From: Octopus sinensis
Lineage: Eukaryota
Direction: 5' to 3'
Assembly: GCF_006345805.1 (NCBI RefSeq)
Contig: NC_043002.1
Span: forward strand, 18,972,001-19,036,000
DNA: 64,000 nt
A program made the position numbers and the translations under genes. Positions within the stretch are counted from its first letter, which is position 1; each line of letters begins with the position of its first letter. The notes under the pieces were generated by a model that had not been told where the DNA came from, did not search any database, and saw only the letters and a list, made by a program, of their open reading frames with translations. This document shows, piece by piece, positions 53,380 to 64,000 of this stretch.

Positions 53380-55385
53380 TCAAATCACCAAATTTGTGAA
53401 AGTGCCTTCCATTTAAATATAGATGAAATGTGCAAAGATATAACACTAAAATTTGTGATATATTTTCTCAAAATTGTTCCTTATTTTTTTAATAAATTTA
53501 TTAAGGAAAGAACACTTACTGTGATGTTTATAGAAAAAAAGCCTGCTTGGTTACTGATGTACTTAATAACACATATTACCTTGCATTTGTTCCACTTAAC
53601 CATTATTCAAATGTCAATTTGATAACAAATATAGCTTATCATATACTGTTGCGTGTATATTACATAATATGGTGACAGCAGTAGTGCTTAATTATAAATC
53701 TTTTTATATTTATATTTCAGTGCCTCATATTTGATTATTTAGCTCCTGATCATTTTAATTTTCTCCCCACCCACTTTATCCTACCAAATGTAACTAGCCA
53801 AGCAAATCCCTCTTCAAGAACCCCCCCCCCCCTGGCTTGGGGTTTTGTAAACTGTATTGCAACCTCAATAGTACAGGTGGCACAAAAGAAGCTCCTGGTC
53901 CTCACTGTAAAGTGGTTGGCATTAGGAAGGGAATCCAACTATAAAAACCATACCAAAGCAGACATTGCCTCTTGATGCCGTCCTTGGACACATCAAAGCC
54001 TATCAAATTGTCCAACCCATGCCAGCATGGAAAATGGATGTTAAATGATGAAGAATAAATACTACTTTTTGACTGAATGTTATAATTTCTCTTATTTAAC
54101 TCATTGTTTTTTGTTAATATAAGTTTTTCTCAAAAATGCTAAGAGTAAAACATGTTTTATATGACACATTCTACCAGTGTCCGAAGTTTGAAAGCGTTTA
54201 GTTACAAAAAATTATTTTTTAAATCTGTCGGTCAAAAGGTAAAGATCCAAAAAATCTCCTTCAAAAGAGTCTTAAACAGGAAGAGACACATTAAATAACA
54301 TAGCCCAGGATATGTTACCTGAATAAAAAAATGAATAACCAGGATGGTCACAGCTGCAATGCTTTTGATCATAGGTTTGCTCAGTTAAGGCTGACTGGGA
54401 GCTAAACAAAATTACCTATTAGTTGTGTGATCTTTCTTTGAATATGGTCTAAGATGTCTGTGTGAAGCATCAGCCCTATTCCACATGTAGAAGCAGTATT
54501 GCATTGTGGGTATTTCCTGTGTCTTGTGAAGGCTTAGCAGTTGGGTGATAAAGTATTTTCTGATTTTCAAGAGTAAGACCAGCTTTTGTCAAGATAGTGC
54601 TTCTTACATTGAGGATGTGCTTTCAAATGGAAGGATTCTTAACTCTTTAACTTGCTTTACTTACTCATAGTGTTGCACTGCCTTCTAGGTTATAATCGAT
54701 TATATTAACCCCAGAAGCATAGAAGTGGATTTGAAGCAAAGCACTCATGCTCACAAGCCATATTGCCTTAAAAAATCAAATTCCTGATCTTGTAGTATGA
54801 CTTGACTTGACAAAATGTATTCCTAATTGTTGAGTTGATGGTGCATTGAGAAGATAATATAGACTGAGCACAAGAAGACATGAAGGGCTTAGTGAATTAT
54901 GTAAGGCCTTCTGATGACAGGCTATAGAGTTTTTAAAAGATGAAAGGTCCTAGGTTTTTAGTTATCCTCACAATGCCTTACCTGTCTGGCATTAAACTTA
55001 AAAGAACGGCAGAGCAGTGATTCATGAAGTGGAGAGGGAAGCTGAAAATATTTCATCATGAATATGGCAGATACATGTAAGAGTAAGACTTAAGCTGAGA
55101 GCAAAGAATAAATCCTTAGTAACTAATAAAGCAAACAGTTACTCCAAGTTTGAAGTGGTTACAGCTGCACAAATGACATGAAAAGAGCATGCTATAGTGA
55201 GGACTAAAAGAGCCTAAGATTGCTGGTTGCATCAATGCTGTTCTGTGCTGTTGGAGTAATACTGTCAAAAGGTGCCTGAATTATTGTGATCTCAAACTGA
55301 CAACTAATGAAAGGAATTCTGCAATACAAGTTATATATAAAATATAATACAACATTCAGAGGGTTATCTTAGCCCTGTTTTGGTG

Positions 55386-55755
55386 CTCTTTTACTTGTTT
55401 CAGTCATTTGACTGTGGCCATGCTGGAGCACAGCCTATAGTTGAGCAAATCGCCCCCAGGACTTATTCTTTGTAACCCTAGTACTTATTCTATCGGTTGC
55501 TTTTGCTGAACTGCTAAGTTACAGGGATGTAAACACACTACCATCGGTTGTCAAGCGATGTTGGGGGTCAAACGCAGACACACAAACATATATATACATA
55601 CATATGATGGGCTTCTTTCAGTTTCCGTCTACCAAATCAACTCGAGGCTTTGGTTGGACCAAGGCTATAGTAGAAGACACTTGCCCAACGTACCACGCAG
55701 TGGATCTGAACCTGGAACCATGTGGTTCATAAGCAACCACACAGCCACTCCTACG
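55386..55755 (-). mobile_element. tRNA-derived SINE family A
   Basis: Reverse complement of the family A body. Confidence 0.85.
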
Positions 55756-56407
55756 CTTTTGTTTTTACTCTACAGAACAATCAACTTATTGAAGAGCATT
55801 GATCTCGATTACCAAATGGAGAACTGAATGACATTGCATTTTTAATAAGTTAGTTTAGTAACCTTTTTTTTATTGTTAATAATAACAATTTCTGCTTTTC
55901 CAATCTCATTCTAAGCTAAGCACCAAATTCCTGTTTTCCTATCTTCAATATTATTTTATTCATTCACTACTTTACTTTCTAATGCTACCCTTTTTGCCTC
56001 TTCTTTAATATGTTGTTGTTCTCTGGTATCTTTTCTATCTCACATGAAAGTTTGGAGCTCACTTGTTAAGTTGTCCTTCAATATGTTTTTGTTTCTTAGC
56101 ATTACTCGTGCATGTAAAGCCAAGCCTCTCAACCCAGTCTGTCACTTCCTCTGGTCTCTCCACTCTCTCCCTTAATATATATATTGAAACATTCCTGTCA
56201 CAACCTGGGATCCTGAAGACTGCTTAAATACAAGAAAGTATACTAGTCCTTTAATATTTGATATTCAATATTTCATCTATTCAATAAGACAATCACTACT
56301 TCTTACTATATATACTATTTATATTATATATTCTACATTAATATTATAAAGAATATAAATAAAAAATAGAGTTAGAATTCCTTTGAATAATATATATATA
56401 TATATTA

Positions 56408-56519
56408 TGATAGGAGTGGAGCATCCAAAGTGATATAATTCACAGAACCTCTGGTATATATATATATATATGCCAGAGGTTCTGTGAATTATATCACTTT
56501 GGCTGCTCCACTCCTATCA
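56408..56519. repeat. 112-bp palindrome: 47-bp arms around (TA)n
   Basis: Arms 56408-56454 and 56473-56519 differ at one base. Confidence 0.95.
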
Positions 56520-57299
56520 GACAGCCATTTCCAATTAGTGAAGAGATGCTAAGATAAGCACCAAATTTGTTTTCCTTTCTTTAATATTACCATGTTCATT
56601 CACTACTTCACCTTCTAATATGTTACATCTGCTCTTTTTGATATGCTCCTGTTCTTTTGAATATTTTTCTCTTCTAGTTTGGGGTTTGTGATGTGCAAAC
56701 TCAGCCCCACCACCACCACCACCTATACTGAAAATCTTTTTTCTCTTCCCTGATAAGTAAAAAGCTTCTGTAACTGTCAAAGATCATATTGCTTCATGTA
56801 CCAGCCACAGTTTCTACATCAGCATCCTGTCAACGATGGTAATAAAAAAACATCACAGCAAACACCCATAACACTGGTAATGTTAACATTAGGAATGTTT
56901 ATTATTTATTGATACACTACACTTAGGAGTGGTTGGCATTAAGAAGGGCATCCAGCTGTAGAAACTTTGCCAAATCAGGTTGGAGCCTGGTGCAGCCTTC
57001 TGGCTTGCCAGTCCTCAGTCAAACCAGCCAACCCATGCCAGCATGGAAAGCGGATGTTAAACGACGATGATGATAGTAGTTGTAAGCTACAACCTTGGTG
57101 GCAGAATTAGCGAGTGTTGAATGAATAAATAGGTGGTGGCAAATTAAATGGGAAGGCATGTAATAATCTCTGTCAATCTACCAACTGCTGCCAAACTGAC
57201 ACAACATTTCTTATTCTTCACTGGTGCAAATGTCATCAAGCAGTTATGAAACAACAACCAAACAATCTTCCTATCAAAGATATACCCTCTCTTTCAGTA

Positions 57300-59050
57300 C
57301 ATTTCAAAATTTTAGGGGTGCAACCATAAACACAAGGGCGATGAAATGTGGGTCTGGTGTGATTGTAGAAGTACTGAATGGAGACGAGTGGATTTGTGCT
57401 GTTTACAAAAGGTAAGATGGAAAAGGTCCTCATCCAAACTACTCACAGCTAGAGGAAGCTAAATAAATTCTTCTGGGTGAGTAATTATACCAGCAGGGGT
57501 GGAGTAGGCATACTGCCTGCTGAAAATGGAAAAGTAATTGAGGTAGTCAGGGTGTGCAATAAGATAATTAAACTAGGACTAGTTATAGGCAACTCGACAG
57601 CAATCATTATCTTTGTAGTGACCCACAAAAGGGATTGATAGAAGGACCACTTCAATGAGACCTTTCTGTAGACTAATGATCGACAGCAATTTCATTATAG
57701 CTGGTGACTTGAAAGGACATGTTAGTCCTGATTGAGGACTTCTTTGATACACATGGATATGATGCAAGTAATGTGGATGGTATAAAGCTTCTAGAGTTCT
57801 GTGATGCAACTGATCCAACAATTTGCAAAACGCAATTCAGCAGATGAGCTAACCATCTCATTACCTTTTCACCAGGAAACTGGACAATAGGGTCATTCAT
57901 AATCATCGTTTAATGTCCGCTTTCCATGCTAGCATGGGTTGGACTATTTGACTGAGGACTAGCGAACCAGATGGCTGCACCAGGCTCCAATCTTGATCTG
58001 GCAGAATTTCTACAGCTGGATGCTCTTCCTAACGCCAATCAGAGAGTGTAGTAGGTGCTTTTACATGCCACTGGCATGAGGGCCAGTCAGGCGGTACTGG
58101 CAACAGCCATGCTCAAATGGTGTTTTTTACGTGCCAGGCCAGTGGCACTGGCAACGATCTTGCGAAATTTTTACAAATATCAAAACCTTTCCTGGTGTAG
58201 AATGCACTACACATAGATTAGTAGCTGGTGATTTCACAATCAGAGTGAAACAGACACAAACAAAAAACGATATGGAGAAGAAAGATGTGAAAAATAAAGG
58301 TTTTTGCAATTGGGAAAAGATTTACAGAAATTCTAATTGAGGCCTATGACCATAGGGAGAAATGTTTAGAAACCTTTAACATAAATGACAATGGAATTTT
58401 TATGAAACAGCCTACTTAAGGCTATAGACATGTAGATGGCACAAAACCCCAACCAAGCCGAGAGTAACGATGATGAATTTGGTGTGTGGGCAGGAATCCA
58501 TCAATTTCAGTACTCATTGCTTGCCAGTTCATCTCTACAAACCATCCAAAAAAATTTAAGACTGAATGTCCCTAGGAACAACAAGAAGCTGATAATCTAT
58601 TTCTCATAGCTAAATCTATAGGAAAATTAGAATAGAAATTCCAGTTAGGAAACCTAGATGCAAGGGCTCTTAGTTTGAACTTAGCGATTACAAAAGTTTT
58701 TAGTAAGTGGGAAAGAAGACAGGATTTTGGTATCCTCTGAGAAATGTCCTTGCTCTAAATGCAGAAAGGGTGTAGTTCCATGTGCTTACCCATTGCAAAC
58801 TATGGACACACAAAAGGTGAATTGGAATCGCAAGCAAACTAACAGAGTGTGTAAACTTCAAATGTGATAAATGCACTAGAGTATTATGAACACACAGAAA
58901 AAGAATTTTCTTAAATACCTGGATGCCTCACTAGAAGTAGTTGACAGCTTTTGTTACCGAAAAGAGATGGAATTAGCTGGGAGGGGCTTGTTCTGAAAGT
59001 AGAGCATTCAGGGTAAGAACAGGCTGGAAAAAGTACAGGGAACTACAACC
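57300..59050 (+). mobile_element. Heavily decayed RTE LINE (APE endonuclease plus RT/PHD pieces), interrupted by a minus-strand RTE 3' end at 57900-58140
   Basis: RVDLCCLQ.VRW, GGVGIL, IKLLEFCDA, CPCSKCRKGV and CKLWTHKR. Confidence 0.75.
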
Positions 59051-59678
59051 AGCATTTACCTCTTAATAAGTTTTAATTCTGTCAAACATGCTTGGACTTT
59101 TCATTCTTCTACTTATTTTATAGTCCTCCATATGCGTCTTTCACATCTCTTTCTCTTCATCTCACTACCTCATGCATACAGATGATCTGTTTACATACAC
59201 TACCTCAGATTATATGTAATCTACACCGTATTTGGTCGTCTGATGTTATCTGAACTCAGCTGAATGTGTTTTCACAGACAAAATCTTATAGGAGAACATT
59301 TTCTTTGAGACAAAATCCTACAGCAAATACCATTCACATTTTAGTGTACAAGAATGTATTAAATATAAATGTACACGTTTTTATTTTGATCATCACTGCT
59401 TCGTGTGCTTATCCTAAACTAATTCCAGCTTGGCAAGCCTCATCACACACCAGTAAATATACTGTTTGCTGTTTTCTTAAAGGAACATTAGTTCTAGTTC
59501 AAATCCATATGATAAAGAAAATAGCTACCACTGAGTTGGAGAAATCACGCTGAAAAACTGTGTCCAATAGTCTGCTGATGTCACTTGGGGCTCAGCTTCA
59601 TGTTTTTTCAGGCAGGAGATTTTTCTTTGAGACAAAATCCTACAGCTCATGCTTTTCACGTCCTAGTAGATAGGAAAA

Positions 59679-60186
59679 GGATCTTTTCCTTTTGAACGGC
59701 ATTTCCCCAACCCCTAACCCTAACTCTCACCCTAAATCTAAAATAGATTGAAAGGCGATAGATCGATACTAGGGCCATAATTATGGGATTTTTTTCTAGC
59801 GGTGTCAAATGAAAATGTCACCCATAATTATGGCCCTAGTATCGATCTATTGCATTTCAATCTATTTTAGATTTAGGGTTAGGGTTAGGGGTTCGGGAAG
59901 GGTATCTTTTTTCTTCACAAATGTAAATAAACCCAATCTGTTTCTTAAAGGAGGGACATATTCATACAGCACGGAATGTTGTTTACCTAAATGGACTCCA
60001 GCGATTGGTTAAAATTGCCGAAATGCTCGAAATTTCAGACGAAATATCTTACAAACTATAGAATTTTCTCAATAAAGCCAAGAAAAAATGATGTTTTATA
60101 AACACATTCTACCAGTATACGAAGTTTAAAAGTGTTTAGTTAACTAGAAATTATGTTACAAAGTGCCGTTCAAAAGGAAAAGATCC
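59679..60186. mobile_element. GGATCTTTT-family MITE with internal fold-back, 8-bp TSD (taggaaaa/taggaaac)
   Basis: TIRs ggatcttttccttttgaacggca and tgccgttcaaaaggaaaagatcc. Confidence 0.88.
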
Positions 60187-61221
60187 TAGGAAACATGTTA
60201 AAAATAAATGTGCAGATTTTTATTTTGATGCCTCTTGTTTCGCGGGAGACTCACGCACACAGACATCCATAAATACACATGAAAATGCCGTTTTCACTGC
60301 ACTCAGTATCTGGTTTTGCAAAAGCCTTCCTTTTGCCGACGCTGTTCATTATGTGTTTGTATTCCCACTTTAAATCTTTCTCTCGTTCATCTCAGCATTA
60401 AGTAATGTTTCTTCCCGTTTCTCTGTATCTGTGCACAATACCAAATGTCTCTCTCTTTTTCGTCACACATCACTTAGGAATCACCTCTCATAATACTGAG
60501 AGGAGAGAGATTCCTCATATTTCCCGCGCTCTCTTCATGCAGCACTAAATTCGGCGATCCTTCGGTATAAGTACACACGTGGCTTTGTTTACATTTCTGA
60601 AGATAACAGAAACCCTTTTCTCCCACCCCTAAAACCCCAACAGTAAAAAAACACTTTCTTGAAATGTATCCGGTACTTATACCGAAGTTACGCCCTAAAT
60701 TCTCTTTCTCCGAAGTAGGTTATAATTTCTCCCAATTTTTTGGGCAGCTCTTGCAACCATTAAGTCATTAAAAAAAAAAGGCGGCAAGCTGGTTAGATTC
60801 TTTAACACGCCGGATAAAATGCTCAGTGGCATTTCTTCCGACTTTACTTTTTTTGAGCTCAGATTTCGCCGAGGTCGACATTGCTTTTCGTCTTATGAGA
60901 TCGATAAAATATGTATCAGCTGACCTCTGCGGTCGATGTAACCAAATAGCTTCACACTACAAAATCTCAGACCTTGAGACTATACTAGAAAGAGAAACAA
61001 AAGATAATCACTTACAAAATTTTTAAAATGACCCAGCAAATGAACAGAAGATTGGGCAGAATCAGTAGAGCATTGGGGAAAAAATGCCTTGCGGTATTTA
61101 ATTGCGGCTCTTTATTTTCAGACTTCAAACCTCCTCGGGGTCAACTTTGTTGTTTATTTTTTCAAAGTCGACAAAATAAGTACCAACCAACGACTGGCAT
61201 TGGTTTAAAATTCTTATATAA

Positions 61222-61630
61222 CTATTTCTTTATTACCCACAAGGGCTAAACATAGAGGGGGACAAACAAAGGTATTAAGTCGATTACATCGACCCGAGTG
61301 TGTAAATGGTACTTAATTTATCGACGCCGAAAGGATGAAGGGTAAAGTCGACCTCGGCGGAATTTGAACTCAGAACGTAGCTGCAGAAGGAAATACCTAT
61401 TTCTTTACTACCCACAAGGGCTAAACATAGAGTGGACAAACAAGGACAGACAAAGGGATTAAGTCGATTATATTGACCTCAGTGCACAACTGGTACTTAT
61501 TTAATCGACCCCGAAAGGATGAAAGACAAAGTCGACCTCGGCGGAATGTGAACTCAGAACGTAGCTGCAGACGAAATACCGCTTAGCATTTCGTCCGCCG
61601 TGCTAACGTTTGTGCCAGGTCGCCGCCTTA
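61222..61630 (-). mobile_element. Two tandem SINE family B copies
   Basis: The family B core is repeated twice. Confidence 0.85.
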
Positions 61631-61726
61631 ACCATTCTTATATAACATCTCAGATGTGAAAACGTAAATAAAATTGTAAGGCAAGACTAACCGAGTATTT
61701 ATGTCAGCTGTGTTAGCGTTTATCAA

Positions 61727-61850
61727 TTAGTTTTGCCTGTACTTCCGGTCAGCCATAACACGCTGTATTCGCAAGATTGAGGCAACGTAAAGCGAACCTG
61801 AGTGATATTTACAATTTAGAAACAGCTCGGGAGGATCTGAAAGGTATGTG
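61727..61850 (+). promoter_or_regulatory. Putative promoter / exon 1 of a further gene beyond the window
   Basis: ACTTCCGGTCAGCCAT at 61741 and donor AAG|GTATGT at 61844. Paralogous to 46160-46338. Confidence 0.5.
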
Positions 61851-62412
61851 TTTGCTCTTTGATTATGATGAGTTATAAAGAAAAAGCACAGTGAAAAGCT
61901 TGAAGCAAGTTAGATCTGTTGTCGACTGTTGCTGTGAAGTGATGCTGGTTGTTGTCTCGCTCCGGGTCAGTTCTGATCGAGAAGATCTAAGATCGAAGGC
62001 GTGACAATCGTGTTTTTGTTTTTGTATAAAAAATTATATTGTTCTCTGTATAAGTTTGTTTTGAAGGTAATTTAGCTGCCTTTTCTAGCTGGTCGAAAAG
62101 CCGCGTAGAGGCTCTTCCGTTAGCTGATAGTTTGCACATGTTAATTACTGTTGCCTGTTTGAATCGTGTGTTGTGAAGATAGAGTATGTATTTAGTGTTA
62201 AGCGAGGAACAGAGAGCCTTTATTTAATTACATATATGAAGAAAGAAAGAGAGAGATTGTTTAGTGTTGTGAAGAGAGACACGTTAAGTATGTTAATACA
62301 AAGATTATTTACTGGAGTATGAAGACCAGGAGAGAAAGAAAGGCATTGTTTAGTGCTATGTGAAGACATAATTAAGTGACATGTAAAGAAAGAGAAGAGG
62401 ATACAACTTTTA

Positions 62413-62583
62413 CGTTCTGAGTTCAAATTCCGCCGAGGTCGACTTTGCCTTTCATCCTTTTGGGGTCGATAAATTAAGTACCAGTTACGCACTGGGGTCG
62501 ATGTAATCGACTTAATACCTATGTCTGTCCTTGTTTGTCCGCTCTGTGTTTAGCCCCTTGTGGGTAATAAAGAAATAGGTATT
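62413..62583 (+). mobile_element. 5'-truncated SINE family B flanked by a 125-bp direct repeat
   Basis: Repeats at 62288-62412 and 62584-62708, with 2 mismatches. Confidence 0.9.
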
Positions 62584-63249
62584 GTATGTGAATACAAAGA
62601 TTATTTACTGGAGTATGAAGACCAGGAGAGAAAGAAAGGCATTGTTTAGTGCTATGTGAAGACATAATTAAGTGACATGTAAAGAAAGAGAAGAGGATAC
62701 TACTTTTAATGTTGTGTGATGACAGAGAAGAGAGAGAGATTGTTTTTATTGTTGTGTGAAAGTAGAGAGAAACACTTAGAAATGTGTGAAGACTGAAAAT
62801 GGGAACAAGTATTGTGTCATTTGTTTAGCTTAAGTTCTAAATGCACACCTATGATATCAAAAGGCATTCCAACCGTGACTATCTCATCTTTTCGATTTTA
62901 GGTGCAGTTATTATTAAGTTGATTCTGCAACTTTGTGGTTTCTGGTTTAATCCCACTGCAAACATCTTGGATTTGTGGCAGTTTTAAACTAGAAGAACCC
63001 CAGCTCTCAGAGCTTCTGCATGGTCGTCTGACATGCTGAAAATAGTAGCCAAGTTCTTTCGTATTATACACCACTGTCTTCAAGAAAGAGGGAATGACAT
63101 GCTTGGAATGCCTTACATGTCTGCTCTGTCAGGGCTGACCACAGCTAAACAACTCCATACAGACGACAGTTTGCATTTGTTATTAAGTCTTTCACAGGAC
63201 AGTTATATATTTTTAAGCTCCACAGTTTCAAGATCTAAATTATCTAGAA

Positions 63250-63468
63250 CAGTGCTTTTCAAACTTTTTGATGGAGTGGAACCCCAAGGAAACATTCCAC
63301 TGGCTCGAGGAACCCCTGTGCAATAATTTAATAGTCTTATGCACACATATCTGCTCAGGAGAATTAAAAATTACTGCCAATTTTAGCAGTTTTGTAACTT
63401 CTTGCGGAACCCCTGGACTGTACTGGTGGAACCCTAAGGTTCCGCGGAACCCTGGTTGAAAACCACTG
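63250..63468. mobile_element. hAT-Charlie-type MITE (219 bp), exact TSD atctagaa
   Basis: Ends cagtgcttttcaa and ttgaaaaccactg. The NTCTAGAN target is typical of Charlie elements. Confidence 0.88.
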
Positions 63469-64000
63469 ATCTAGAACATCCTCACTTTTAATCTACAAAT
63501 TCTGAATAAAGTTGAAGGAAGATAAAGAATGAAATAATGGTATTATTGAAAGGAATGAGGCAAAGCTAATACAAAGACACAGTTTTTGGTAACTACTACT
63601 ACTACCACCACCACTATTACAACAGATACTAATAATGATAATAATCTTTTCTACTATAAGCATAGTCTGAAGTTTTAGGGAAAGGGGCTAGTCGATTACA
63701 TCACCCCTGCCCCCAGTTCTCAGTGGGTTATTTTATTGACCCCAAAAGGATGAAAGGTAAAGTTGACTTTGGCAGAATTTGAACTCAAAACAAAGCCAGA
63801 AGAAATGCCAAGAAGCATATTGTCCAACATGCTCGTGATTCTGCCAGCTTGCTACCTTAGTAAATAATAATAATCTTCATCATCGTTTAAACGTCTGCTT
63901 TCCATACTGGCATAGGTTAGACAGTTTGACTGAAGACTGGCAAACCAGTAGGCTGCACCAGGTTCCAATCTGATCTGGCAAGGTTTCTACAGCTGCATGT

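Overview
AT-rich eukaryotic genomic DNA. It is most likely from a coleoid cephalopod (Octopus); this is inferred from the tandem C2H2 zinc-finger cluster and the SINE/RTE repeat families. The window holds four intact C2H2-ZNF ORFs, each in a single coding exon (13, 18, 11 and 19 finger positions; three on +, one on -), plus decayed finger relics. Each ORF lies 250-360 nt downstream of a near-identical ...ATTTCAG splice acceptor with an in-frame stop between them, so the proteins appear to be finger-only, with no effector domain. Related ETS-type (ACTTCCGG) promoter/first-exon modules lie 4-6 kb upstream. Most of the remainder is mobile DNA: RTE LINE pieces whose RT carries an inserted PHD-like finger and whose 3' UTR carries a variable 61-bp hairpin array, CR1 ends, at least four tRNA-derived SINE families, mariner and maT/DD37D relics, and hAT, piggyBac and Helitron non-autonomous elements. 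A Merlin (IS1016-like) hotspot at 40-46 kb includes an intact 326-aa transposase ORF with its probable cognate MITE elsewhere in the window. A nested, (TA)n-anchored palindrome of about 4.5 kb sits in the putative intron of the minus-strand ZNF. All coordinates and identities were read by eye; no searches were run.
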